DNA from: Parcubacteria group bacterium M6-OD1-1
GTDB taxonomy: Bacteria > Patescibacteriota > Minisyncoccia > GWC2-36-17 > M10-OD1-4
Length of the DNA: 64,000 bases
Direction: 5' to 3'
Assembly (NCBI GenBank): GCA_003056085.1
Contig: LSNK01000005.1
Location: 10,122-74,121 of the forward strand
The translations under genes were made by a program, and so were the position numbers. The notes under the pieces were generated by a model. The model had not been told where the DNA came from, searched no databases, and worked only from the letters and a program-made list of their open reading frames with translations. Position 1 is the stretch's first letter; each line of letters starts with the position of its first letter. Positions 48,702 to 58,197 of this stretch are shown piece after piece.

Positions 48702-50477
48702 TTAGATCAGAAAAAACAAGAAAATATAAGCGTTCCTCAGATGTCAGAACCTGCGGGTTTTAAAGATGTGGTTGCACCCTCTGCTATTCAAATAGAAAGC
48801 CGTTATATTCAGTTGGGGGATAAATTCTTGCGTACTCTATTTTTATATTCATATCCAAGATATTTAAATACAAATTGGTTTGCTCCTGTAATAAATTTGG
48901 ATAGATTTTTTGATATTGCGATACACTTTCATCCGGTTGATACCGCAACTATAATGAAAAAATTAAACAGGAAAGTAACATCCATTGAGGCTCAATTAAA
49001 CGAAAGAACGGAGAAGGGGCTTATTCGTGACCCGATACTTGAAACTGCACTTCATGATTTGGAAGACTTAAGAGACTCTCTGCAGCAAGCAACTCAAAAA
49101 CTTTTTAGAGTAGGAGTTTATATAACAATTATAGAAAATAGCGTTGAAGAGCTAAATAAGGCGGAAAGTGAAATAAGGGGAATATTGGACGCAAGAATGG
49201 TACTGACTAAAAATGCAAATTTTCAGCAAGATATAGGATTTATGTCTACTTTACCATTAGGCAGAGATAAGCTTGAAATTCACTCAAACTTAAACACAGG
49301 ACCTGCTTCTACTCTTTTCCCCTTTGTGTCTGCCGACCTTACCTCAAATAAAGGAATTTTATATGGAATAAACAGACACAACAACAGTCTTATTCTTTTT
49401 GACAGATTTTCTCTTGAAAACGCAAACTCTGTTATTTTTGCAAAATCAGGCTCAGGAAAAAGTTACACTGCAAAACTTGAAATATTGAGGTCTTTAATGA
49501 CAGGAACGGATGTCATTATTATAGATCCTGAAAATGAATATAAGTATCTTACCGAAACAGTGGGGGGTTCATTTTTTAGAGTTTCTTTAAATTCACAAAA
49601 TCATATAAATCCATTTGAGCTTCCAAGGCCCATTGATGGAGAATCGCAAGCCGATGTTTTAAGGTCAAATATTATAAATCTTGTTGGAATGATGCGCCTC
49701 ATGCTTGGAGAACTAAATCCGGAAGAAGATGCGATTATAGATAGAGCGCTTGCAGAAACTTATGCCTCAAGAGACATAACACCTGATGTTGATTTTTCAG
49801 ACAAAACACCTCCGACACTTTCTGACTTTCAGTCTATTTTAGAAAATATGGAAGGAGGAAATTCTCTTGCAAAAAGACTTGAAAAATACACAAAAGGCTC
49901 ATATGCAGGATTTTTAAATAATCAGACAAATGTAGATATGCAAAACAAACTGATTGTTTTCTCAATAAGAGACATGGAGACAGAACTGAGGCCTATCGCT
50001 ATGTATCTTATTATTAGATATGTCTGGAATATTGTTAGAGCTGAACTTAAAAAGAGAATTCTTTTGGTTGATGAAGCATGGGTCATGATGCAACATGAGG
50101 ACGCAGCTTCATTTTTATACGGAATAGCAAAAAGATGCAGAAAATACTACTTGGGACTTACCACAATAACCCAAGATGTAAATGACTTTTTAGGCTCCAA
50201 GTACGGGAAGGCAATTTTGACGAATTCATCACTTCAACTTCTTCTGAAGCAATCTCCGGCAACAATAAACACGGTTAAAGAATCTTTTAATCTTTCTGAG
50301 GAAGAAAAATACCTTCTTTTGGAGTGCGGAGTTGGAGAAGGCATCTTTTTTGCAGGACTAAAACATGCCGCCATTAAAGTTATTGCATCTTACACCGAAG
50401 ACCAAATAATAACATCAAATCCTGAAGAAATACTTGCAAGAGAAAAAGAACAAGCCGACCTTGAGAACACCGAATAA
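48696..50477 (+). CDS. VirB4/TrbE-family T4SS ATPase, middle and C-terminal ATPase domains (593 aa)
   Basis: Walker A GSGKSYTAKLE, Walker B LLVDEAWVMM, VirB4 middle-domain pattern (YIQLGDKFLRTLFLYSYPRYLNTNWFAPVINLD). TTG start inside repeat copy 2. With the 212-aa ORF it totals 805 aa, the typical VirB4 length. Confidence 0.8.
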   Translation: MALDQKKQENISVPQMSEPAGFKDVVAPSAIQIESRYIQLGDKFLRTLFLYSYPRYLNTNWFAPVINLDRFFDIAIHFHPVDTATIMKKLNRKVTSIEAQLNERTEKGLIRDPILETALHDLEDLRDSLQQATQKLFRVGVYITIIENSVEELNKAESEIRGILDARMVLTKNANFQQDIGFMSTLPLGRDKLEIHSNLNTGPASTLFPFVSADLTSNKGILYGINRHNNSLILFDRFSLENANSVIFAKSGSGKSYTAKLEILRSLMTGTDVIIIDPENEYKYLTETVGGSFFRVSLNSQNHINPFELPRPIDGESQADVLRSNIINLVGMMRLMLGELNPEEDAIIDRALAETYASRDITPDVDFSDKTPPTLSDFQSILENMEGGNSLAKRLEKYTKGSYAGFLNNQTNVDMQNKLIVFSIRDMETELRPIAMYLIIRYVWNIVRAELKKRILLVDEAWVMMQHEDAASFLYGIAKRCRKYYLGLTTITQDVNDFLGSKYGKAILTNSSLQLLLKQSPATINTVKESFNLSEEEKYLLLECGVGEGIFFAGLKHAAIKVIASYTEDQIITSNPEEILAREKEQADLENTE

Positions 50478-50555
50478 TAAATGGTACAATATAATTAGAA
50501 TATAGAATCTTGAATTTAGAATATAATTTTTATAACTCTAAATTTTAAATGCCAA

Positions 50556-51581
50556 ATGCTGCTAAAAACAATAAAAGTATTTTTAATAACCTCGTTTGTC
50601 GGCTACTCATTTATACTTGCCGGTTATTTTGCTTTTGCTCAACAAAATCTAAACTCCGACTTTTCAAATCAAATAACAAACTTAGAAAATGAATTGTTAG
50701 CCCCGAGCGTTGAACTTGATTTATCATCGAGCGGGAGATTAGGTCAAATAGCTTCAATCTCTGCGTTAACTGACAATATAGATGACAGCACTGTTAGTTT
50801 TCTTTGGTATTTAGATGATGTGTTTGATCAAAAACAATCCGGAAAATCCAAAACAAAGTTTTCCTTCAAAACAACAAGAGCAAATCACGTTGTAAGACTT
50901 GTTATAATGCAAAGAAAAGTCAAAATAACAGAAAATGCTATTTTGGTAAGTTCATATAATGTTTCTTTGGCTTGGAATGCAGAAACTTATGTTCCGCCAG
51001 AATACGAAGGTAAAGCATTACCATCAAGAGGCAGCAAGGTAACCGTAACGGCAATCCCTGACATTAAAGGATATGATTCTAAAGACTTGCTTTATACTTG
51101 GTATCTTGATGCGGAGTCACGTGTAAGAAAAGTTTTAGGAGAAGATGAATTTTCATTTTTTATAACAAAAAGCGTTGATTTTATACCTGTATTTGTTGAA
51201 GTGTCCAATCTTTCTGGCTCTATAGTTGTAAGTCAAGCTGTATCAATCCCTGTTGTCCGGCCATCTGTTTTAATTTATCACCAACTTTCAGACAAAACTG
51301 CAAAAACAGCTGTACGTAAGCTTTTTATCGCTCCGGGAGAGTCCAAAAAAATAACTGCAAAACCCTTTAATTTTCAAGCAAAAAGTATAATTGATTTTGA
51401 ATACGAATGGGAATTTATAGGAAAGAAAGCAAGTGGGGAAAGAAAAAATCCCAACTTACTAACACTCATAATACCTGAAACATCGTCTCTTGGAATAAAA
51501 AATTTAATGTTAAAAGTTATAAATAGAAAATTCATCAAAGAAAGAACTTCGGCTATTTTGGTGGTTAATATAACTAAGTAA
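50556..51581 (+). CDS. hypothetical exported protein, N-terminal TM anchor plus beta-rich domain
   Basis: 341 aa. A VirB8-like role is possible from position but not supported by motifs. Confidence 0.4.
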   Translation: MLLKTIKVFLITSFVGYSFILAGYFAFAQQNLNSDFSNQITNLENELLAPSVELDLSSSGRLGQIASISALTDNIDDSTVSFLWYLDDVFDQKQSGKSKTKFSFKTTRANHVVRLVIMQRKVKITENAILVSSYNVSLAWNAETYVPPEYEGKALPSRGSKVTVTAIPDIKGYDSKDLLYTWYLDAESRVRKVLGEDEFSFFITKSVDFIPVFVEVSNLSGSIVVSQAVSIPVVRPSVLIYHQLSDKTAKTAVRKLFIAPGESKKITAKPFNFQAKSIIDFEYEWEFIGKKASGERKNPNLLTLIIPETSSLGIKNLMLKVINRKFIKERTSAILVVNITK

Positions 51582-51660
51582 TAGTTGCTGGATTATAGTG
51601 GTTAGATTATAAATTTATAAGTTATTAATTAGGAAATAAAGATATTTAATTATTGCATTA

Positions 51661-52536
51661 ATGAAATATAAAATAATTATCTTAATATTGCTTTCTGTAG
51701 TTTTATTCAACGGACTTTTGGACTTTGTTCAAGCACAGACAACTTTTGAAGTGGGTATTCCCGGGCAAACGAGACCCGGAGAACCATTTCCAACCTATAC
51801 GGATACTGAGGGTAGGGAAATAGTAGACATAGAAAGATACATAGCCTTTTTATACATGTTTATGATAGGACTTGTCGGTATTGCCGGTTTTGCCTCTTTG
51901 GTTTGGTATGGTATTGTTTGGATATACTCCGGTATAGCAGAAAAAAAATCAGAAGCAATGGAAGGCATTAAAAATACATTAATAGGCATATCGCTCGCTT
52001 TGGGATCTTTTGTAATATTAAACACCATAAATCCCGCTCTTGTAACATTAACCTCTCCTAAGTTTCCTGAACTCACGGCAAAACCGGCAAATGAGATGCC
52101 GAAAGAAATTGCTGTTAATAACAGAATAGCTGGAAACTATTATTATAAATATAAAGATGACACTTTTCAAAACAGAGTTGTTTACAGATACAGCAAACCA
52201 TTTTCCTCATTAAGTCTTTGTAATAATGCGAGAGATACATTTACTGAAATTTGTGATGTTGATAATGATATTAATTGCGATTCTGACACCCCTGATCCCG
52301 AAGCATTTCCTTGTGAAAGTTATAAAATAGGTGAAAAAAATAATTATTTTTATTGGGCTAAAAATAAAGTTACCAATGAAATTTATGTTAGCTCGGGATT
52401 CACCGATCAAAATAGCTGTGAGAAAACAGCAAATGACTACGGAATAACATCGCTTTACAAAATAGTAAACAAACCGGCAAGCGATGTTAATTGTCAATCT
52501 GGAGAACCACCATCAAATGCAATACCTTTACCCTAA
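51661..52536 (+). CDS. hypothetical exported protein with a hydrophobic helical hairpin and a Cys-rich C-terminal domain
   Basis: Signal peptide. Paired hydrophobic helices separated by AEKKSEA are reminiscent of VirB2-type pilins. C-terminal domain with 8 Cys. Confidence 0.35.
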   Translation: MKYKIIILILLSVVLFNGLLDFVQAQTTFEVGIPGQTRPGEPFPTYTDTEGREIVDIERYIAFLYMFMIGLVGIAGFASLVWYGIVWIYSGIAEKKSEAMEGIKNTLIGISLALGSFVILNTINPALVTLTSPKFPELTAKPANEMPKEIAVNNRIAGNYYYKYKDDTFQNRVVYRYSKPFSSLSLCNNARDTFTEICDVDNDINCDSDTPDPEAFPCESYKIGEKNNYFYWAKNKVTNEIYVSSGFTDQNSCEKTANDYGITSLYKIVNKPASDVNCQSGEPPSNAIPLP

Positions 52537-52548
52537 TAAATTAAAATC

Positions 52549-53676
52549 ATGACAAAAAAAACAAAAATTTCATTATTTGTAATATTAGCAGCTCTTGTCG
52601 TAGGGTCTATTTTAGCTTATTATTTTCTTGCAGAAGGCAGACCTATAAAATTAAAAGAAAAAGGAGAAGTCAAAAAAGAAACTACCGTCATTACTCCAAA
52701 AACTGTTGAAAAATTACTTCAGATAACCGATGAAAACACTGTTTCTCCCATTATTGATGAACAAAAAAATACGATTAAATACATAACAAAAACTGATGGA
52801 TCTCTTTATCAGTCTGATTTAAACGGAGAGAACAAAGTAAAAATACCCTTTGTAAGCTTAGGCGGACTTATAAAAATAATTTGGTCTCCCGATCAGGAAA
52901 AATTTATTAATATTTATTCTGATGCTTTTGGCATTAAAAGGTTCTATTATGACTTAACATCAAAACAAATCGTTCCTTTAAATAAAAGCATCACTTGGGT
53001 TGATTACTCAAAGACAGAAGACAAGATAGCGTATCATTATTATGATGCAACTCAAGATATAAATTCAATCGCAATAGCAAATGCAGATGGATCTCTTGCT
53101 CAAAGCATACTAAATACAAGACTTAAAGATGTTAGATTAAAATGGGTAACAAATGATAAAATTGTGATATCAACAGCACCATCAGGACTTGCACAAAACA
53201 TCTTATATTACACAGATCCAAAAAATCCTAAACTAATAAAAATATTGAGTGGGATTTACGGACTAACATCCAAATGGTCTTCTGACGGATCAAAATTTCT
53301 TTTTTCCCAAACCGACAAAGACGGAGCAAACTTAACGCTTAAATCAGCGGACGGAAATGGTCTTAATATTTTAGACACGAAAATTTCAACACTTCCTGAG
53401 AAGTGCGTATTTTCGGAGGACTTCTTAAACGCGTACTGCGCAGAACCGACAAAAATACCAAAAGACGCAATAATGCCGGATGATTATTATAAAAAAATAT
53501 TTTCTTCAAATGACAAACTTTGGAAAACAAACCTTAAAACAAACAAAAAAGACTTGGTTTATCAATTTGGTGAAAATATAAATTTTGATTTGAGTAATCT
53601 TATACTTACAAAGGATGAAAAATATTTATATTTTATAAATAGAACTAATGGATTTTTATACAAACTGGAACTCTAA
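52549..53676 (+). CDS. membrane-anchored beta-propeller protein (TolB/WD40-like repeats)
   Basis: N-terminal TM. Repeated W-S-x-D-G/SPDG-like blades (IWSPDQEKF, KWSSDGSKF). Confidence 0.45.
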   Translation: MTKKTKISLFVILAALVVGSILAYYFLAEGRPIKLKEKGEVKKETTVITPKTVEKLLQITDENTVSPIIDEQKNTIKYITKTDGSLYQSDLNGENKVKIPFVSLGGLIKIIWSPDQEKFINIYSDAFGIKRFYYDLTSKQIVPLNKSITWVDYSKTEDKIAYHYYDATQDINSIAIANADGSLAQSILNTRLKDVRLKWVTNDKIVISTAPSGLAQNILYYTDPKNPKLIKILSGIYGLTSKWSSDGSKFLFSQTDKDGANLTLKSADGNGLNILDTKISTLPEKCVFSEDFLNAYCAEPTKIPKDAIMPDDYYKKIFSSNDKLWKTNLKTNKKDLVYQFGENINFDLSNLILTKDEKYLYFINRTNGFLYKLEL

Positions 53677-53739
53677 TTAATTTAGTTTTCAGTGATTAAA
53701 TATTAGGTTATAGATGGACTCAACGCCTCTTTGTTTCAT

Positions 53740-55020
53740 CTATAACCTATTTTTTATTTTAGTACTCTCTTTATTAAAAACAACTATTAAAATACCAATA
53801 AAGAAGAAGAAGGTCAGCGCAAGGTCGTTTTTCCAAAAAGGAGTATCTAAAAGTCCGTGCATTAGAAAATAAACAAAAAATGCTAATACTAAAACATTCA
53901 CACTTTTTTCAAAATCCCTATCAAGTATAGTCTTTGATGAGGATTTTATATAAACTTTAATTATCCATATTAGTATCAATAAAAATCCTAAAAATCCTAT
54001 GATTCCTGTTTGAATCCAAAATGATAAAAATATATTATGAGGATAGGGAACAGCCCACTCCAAATAAGGCTCTTTAAATTTATTTTGATAAGCAAGGTAG
54101 TATTTTTGAAACATACCCGGACCAATACCAAAAATATAATTATCTTTTAAAATTTGGCTTGAAGCCGACCATATCATATTTCTTGAAACAAGAGATGATC
54201 TGTCATTTTTTATAAGAAAGCTTTTTGTTTTTTCATTATCTGCTTGAAATAAAAACAATGAAAAAGAAATGACCAACAAAGCTAAGATTGAAGCGAATTT
54301 GACTTTGATGGAAACTTGACTCAATCCTATAATAAGAACCAAAGCAACAAAAACACCTAAAAATGCCCCGTAAGAATATGTTAATAAAAAAGGAATAACA
54401 ACTAATACCAAAACACTAAACCAAACTAATTTTGATGCAAAATATTTATATTTACTGAATAAAACCCACACCAAAAACAGAATAACAGGGGAAAGACTCA
54501 TTGCTAAAAAATTTGGAGAATTAAAAAATCCCTCCAAGCGCCCATCATAAGTTAATTTACCTGACAAAAAGTAAATTATAGACACCAAAGAGACACCAAT
54601 ACCGGAAGCCAAAAACACAACTACTACTTTTTTTATATCTTCCTTTAAAACAACCGATATAAACACCGTAAAAAAAAGCAGAGGGTCAATAAAATACGCC
54701 TTAAAAAGACCAAAACTAACCCTTAAATCAACAGACAACACAGACGCTGCTAAAGCTCCTAAAACAAGCAGGAGTATTCCGTAAAAGAGCAGTTTATTTC
54801 GAAAAAATATTTTTTTTAATCTTTTTTGGAAAGTATTCTCCCTATCAAAAAATAAATATAAAAACCACAATAAAAAAACAATATAAATTAAAATCTCCAA
54901 TAAAGTTGTTGGAATATTTAAAACTTCAAACCTTATGAGATAGGTGGGGAAAAGAAAAATTATTAAAAAAACACCTAAGTATATAATTTTATTTAAACTA
55001 TTTGATGTCATAATAAACAT
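53740..55020 (-). CDS. O-antigen ligase/Wzy-like polytopic membrane protein
   Basis: About 11 TM helices plus a large extracytoplasmic loop. Confidence 0.5.
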   Translation of the reverse strand: MFIMTSNSLNKIIYLGVFLIIFLFPTYLIRFEVLNIPTTLLEILIYIVFLLWFLYLFFDRENTFQKRLKKIFFRNKLLFYGILLLVLGALAASVLSVDLRVSFGLFKAYFIDPLLFFTVFISVVLKEDIKKVVVVFLASGIGVSLVSIIYFLSGKLTYDGRLEGFFNSPNFLAMSLSPVILFLVWVLFSKYKYFASKLVWFSVLVLVVIPFLLTYSYGAFLGVFVALVLIIGLSQVSIKVKFASILALLVISFSLFLFQADNEKTKSFLIKNDRSSLVSRNMIWSASSQILKDNYIFGIGPGMFQKYYLAYQNKFKEPYLEWAVPYPHNIFLSFWIQTGIIGFLGFLLILIWIIKVYIKSSSKTILDRDFEKSVNVLVLAFFVYFLMHGLLDTPFWKNDLALTFFFFIGILIVVFNKESTKIKNRL

Positions 55021-55074
55021 TAATTTTAAATTTATTCTTTTTAATATTTGGAAGCAAGGCTTCCAAATATTAAA

Positions 55075-56388
55075 TCAACCATTTATAACTTGTCCTTTTA
55101 TTGGATTTTTTAAAATTACTGCTAATGCTAAAATAAAACAAAGTGATATCAACACAGGAACAGAAAATATTGATGTTTCAAAAAAACTATGCGTTAAAAA
55201 CCAAACTAATGACCCCAATATACCTAATCTTAAAAAATTAAATTTATCTTTTTTAAAAGATAAAAATTTAAATGAATACACAAAAAGCATCAAGAAAAGA
55301 AAAAAGCCGGCAAGTCCAAGTTCAGACAAAATATCAAGATAAGTATTATGAGCATTAATAGGGGACTTAACTGATGCTGTAGGATCAAAAAAGATGGGTA
55401 AATTTCCAAGACCTGTGCCAAATATAGGATTTTGCAGAAATGCTTCTGTGGAAGTTTTCCAAATTTGAATTCTTCCGGTATTTGATACATCAGACAAAGA
55501 AAATGAAGACAACAACCGTTCGCCAAAAACAGAATTTACAAAAATAAAAATTAATATTAATGAAATAAATGCGGCGGCTGATAAAAATTTCTTGTTTAGT
55601 TTAATTTTAAAATGCCAAAGAGAAAATCCTGATATAAACAAAAGAGAAATCAAAAAACCAAAATAACCGCCCCTTGAAAAAGTAAACAAAAAAGCAAGAA
55701 ACATCGTTATTATTTGAAGTATATAAAAAACTTTATCTTTTTTATTATTGTAAAAGAAAAACCCTATAGTAAAAGGAATCAAAATACCAAGATACAAAGC
55801 AAAGGTGTGTGGGTCCGGAAATAATGAAATCGCTCTGAAATAATCTTTTCCTGAAATATTTACGAACCAGCTCTGATTTTGAATAACAACAGATCCAAAA
55901 TTTTGCCCGTATAAAAACATTGATATTTTGTATGCCCAAAAATTATATATTTTGTCCAAACTGAAAATAAACTGGCTCAAAAATTGTAAAATCCCAATCA
56001 AAGACGCGACAAAACCTCCCATTATAAAAAATTTGGCTATTTTATTTATTTTTTCTTTTGAATTTATAAGATAAATGACGAGAAAATAAACAGGTATTAT
56101 AGTTGCGAAAAAAAGAGATTTTCTTGCTCCCCATACAGAATTTACAGCCCAAAATGAAGAAACAAACGTCCACAAAAAAAACAGGCTGAAAAAATACGTT
56201 TGCTTGTTTTTAAATCTGTCTAAAACAATCGGTTTATTTTTATACAAAAGATAAAATATAAAAAAAATAAACAAAAAAGATATAACGACTCTCAAAAAAG
56301 AGATATCAACATCTCTTTGCAGGTTTAAAGCAAATGAAAAGGGAATAAAGAATATTATAAAATATAGAACCTTTTCCAAATAAGACAT
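55075..56388 (-). CDS. O-antigen ligase family protein (Wzy_C domain)
   Basis: Polytopic. Carries the SRGGYFGFL motif typical of the O-antigen ligase domain. Confidence 0.55.
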   Translation of the reverse strand: MSYLEKVLYFIIFFIPFSFALNLQRDVDISFLRVVISFLFIFFIFYLLYKNKPIVLDRFKNKQTYFFSLFFLWTFVSSFWAVNSVWGARKSLFFATIIPVYFLVIYLINSKEKINKIAKFFIMGGFVASLIGILQFLSQFIFSLDKIYNFWAYKISMFLYGQNFGSVVIQNQSWFVNISGKDYFRAISLFPDPHTFALYLGILIPFTIGFFFYNNKKDKVFYILQIITMFLAFLFTFSRGGYFGFLISLLFISGFSLWHFKIKLNKKFLSAAAFISLILIFIFVNSVFGERLLSSFSLSDVSNTGRIQIWKTSTEAFLQNPIFGTGLGNLPIFFDPTASVKSPINAHNTYLDILSELGLAGFFLFLMLFVYSFKFLSFKKDKFNFLRLGILGSLVWFLTHSFFETSIFSVPVLISLCFILALAVILKNPIKGQVING

Positions 56389-56501
56389 ATAAGGTGAGTA
56401 TTACTTAAAAAATTAAAATTACAAAGTTTAAATGCCAAAATATATCTTGATTATTTAGGTTTTAGATTTGGATTTTGGTATTTAATATTTTAAAATTGTG
56501 T

Positions 56502-57944
56502 TTATTTCTTCAAAAATAAATTAAAGTCTTCTTTTGATATTCCTTTTATTAAATACATAGATGAGAAATAAACAAAGATGCCGACAAATAAAAGTATAAA
56601 AAACCCGCCAACAGGAAAAATCATGAGAATCGTTGTCATTATTGAAGCTGACAGCACAGCCTTCAGCAACGCAGTGATTTTAGGAATATACTTTATATAC
56701 TTATAGATTATCACAAACATCAAAAAAGTCACCAAAAGCTCTGTCGCCACATTAACAAAGGAAGCCCCTATATAAGAATATTTTTCAATAAAATATAAAT
56801 TTGCAGATATGTTAAAAACGGCGCCGGCACCATAAACAAACATTACTTGTTTTTGTTTGTGTATTGCGATAATAGAATTCCCGAAAAGAGCCCCTAAAAA
56901 CATAAAAAATATGGAAAATATAAGTATTCTAAAAACAGGAATTGCCCCTTCATATTGGCTTCCTCCTATAAGATTTATTATTTCCGGCGCCAAATAAAAA
57001 CCCCCAAAAACTATAGGAATAGACACTATGTTCAAAAAATCAAATGATTTTTGAAAAACTTTTTTAAAATTATCCTTGTTTGAAATAAAATAATTAGACA
57101 AAAGAGGCATAACCAACCCCACAAACATAGCTGGGAAGAATATAATATTCTCTATAACTTTATATGCCATATTATAAATTCCGACATCTTTAAAATCTTT
57201 TAAAAAAGAAAGTATTAGTGTATCTCCTTTAAAATAAATAAGCACCAAAACAGAAGAAGCTGCAAGTGGCCAGCTTTGTTTTAGTATTTTAGACATAGAT
57301 GCTTTTTTAAAAGAAAAATCAAATGGAATAAATCTTTTTGCGAAAACAAATACTAATAAAAAATTGATTAATGAACCGAAAACAAATACTAATAAAAAAT
57401 CTATAAAATCAGACCCTTTTTGATATAAATAAATAACAAGTATTAGCTGGACAATTCTTGCAGAAACATCCGCAATCGCCGGAAGAAGTGTTTTTAAATA
57501 TTTTTGAAAAATTCCCATCAAAACTTGCGACAAGGATAGAAAAACAAAACCTAACGACGCTATAACAACCCCGAGTTTTATTTCAAAAGAATAAACCGGT
57601 ATAAAATAAACAACAACAAAAGACAGAAAATAAAAAAACAAGAGCAAAAAGACTCTTGTTATAAAAATATTTGAAACTACCTCTTTTTCGTCTGCCTGAG
57701 GCTTGGAAACCTCTCTTATCAAAAGATTATAGAGTCCGAAGTCAGCAAAAACAGAAAAAATATACAAAAAAGCAATTACTACATTATAGCTGCCAAACCC
57801 CTCGGGACCCAATTCTCTTGCAATAAAAGCTATTGAAATAAGCCCTAATAAGCTTGATGCTATCTTCCCGGAAAATGAGATTACCGTATTTTTTGCCACT
57901 TTTTGTTTTATATCATTAAGCATTTTCTGTTCCATAAACAACAT
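56502..57944 (-). CDS. polysaccharide flippase (MOP superfamily, Wzx/PST family)
   Basis: 480 aa, 12-14 TM, N-terminal pattern typical of Wzx-like flippases. Confidence 0.65.
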   Translation of the reverse strand: MLFMEQKMLNDIKQKVAKNTVISFSGKIASSLLGLISIAFIARELGPEGFGSYNVVIAFLYIFSVFADFGLYNLLIREVSKPQADEKEVVSNIFITRVFLLLFFYFLSFVVVYFIPVYSFEIKLGVVIASLGFVFLSLSQVLMGIFQKYLKTLLPAIADVSARIVQLILVIYLYQKGSDFIDFLLVFVFGSLINFLLVFVFAKRFIPFDFSFKKASMSKILKQSWPLAASSVLVLIYFKGDTLILSFLKDFKDVGIYNMAYKVIENIIFFPAMFVGLVMPLLSNYFISNKDNFKKVFQKSFDFLNIVSIPIVFGGFYLAPEIINLIGGSQYEGAIPVFRILIFSIFFMFLGALFGNSIIAIHKQKQVMFVYGAGAVFNISANLYFIEKYSYIGASFVNVATELLVTFLMFVIIYKYIKYIPKITALLKAVLSASIMTTILMIFPVGGFFILLFVGIFVYFSSMYLIKGISKEDFNLFLKK

Positions 57945-58197
57945 CTTCTATTTTCTCTAAAATAAAGGCATCACTTACTATAACTTTCGTTTTTTCTATT
58001 TTTACTATTTGAGAATTATCTATTATAAAAAGCCTTCCTAAAGGAATTCCTAAAAATTTCTTTTTAACATAAATTTTTTCTATCTTTTCAGATAATTTAT
58101 TTTTTTTAACCAAGACGACAACTCCAAGCTTATGACCGCTTTGAGTAAAAACAGAAAATCCTATTAAATTATTCTTCCTCTTTTTTAGAAAAAACAT
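57916..58197 (-). CDS. hypothetical small protein (93 aa) downstream of yidC
   Basis: Overlaps the yidC 3' end by 29 nt. No confident family assignment. Confidence 0.3.
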   Translation of the reverse strand: MFFLKKRKNNLIGFSVFTQSGHKLGVVVLVKKNKLSEKIEKIYVKKKFLGIPLGRLFIIDNSQIVKIEKTKVIVSDAFILEKIEDVVYGTENA

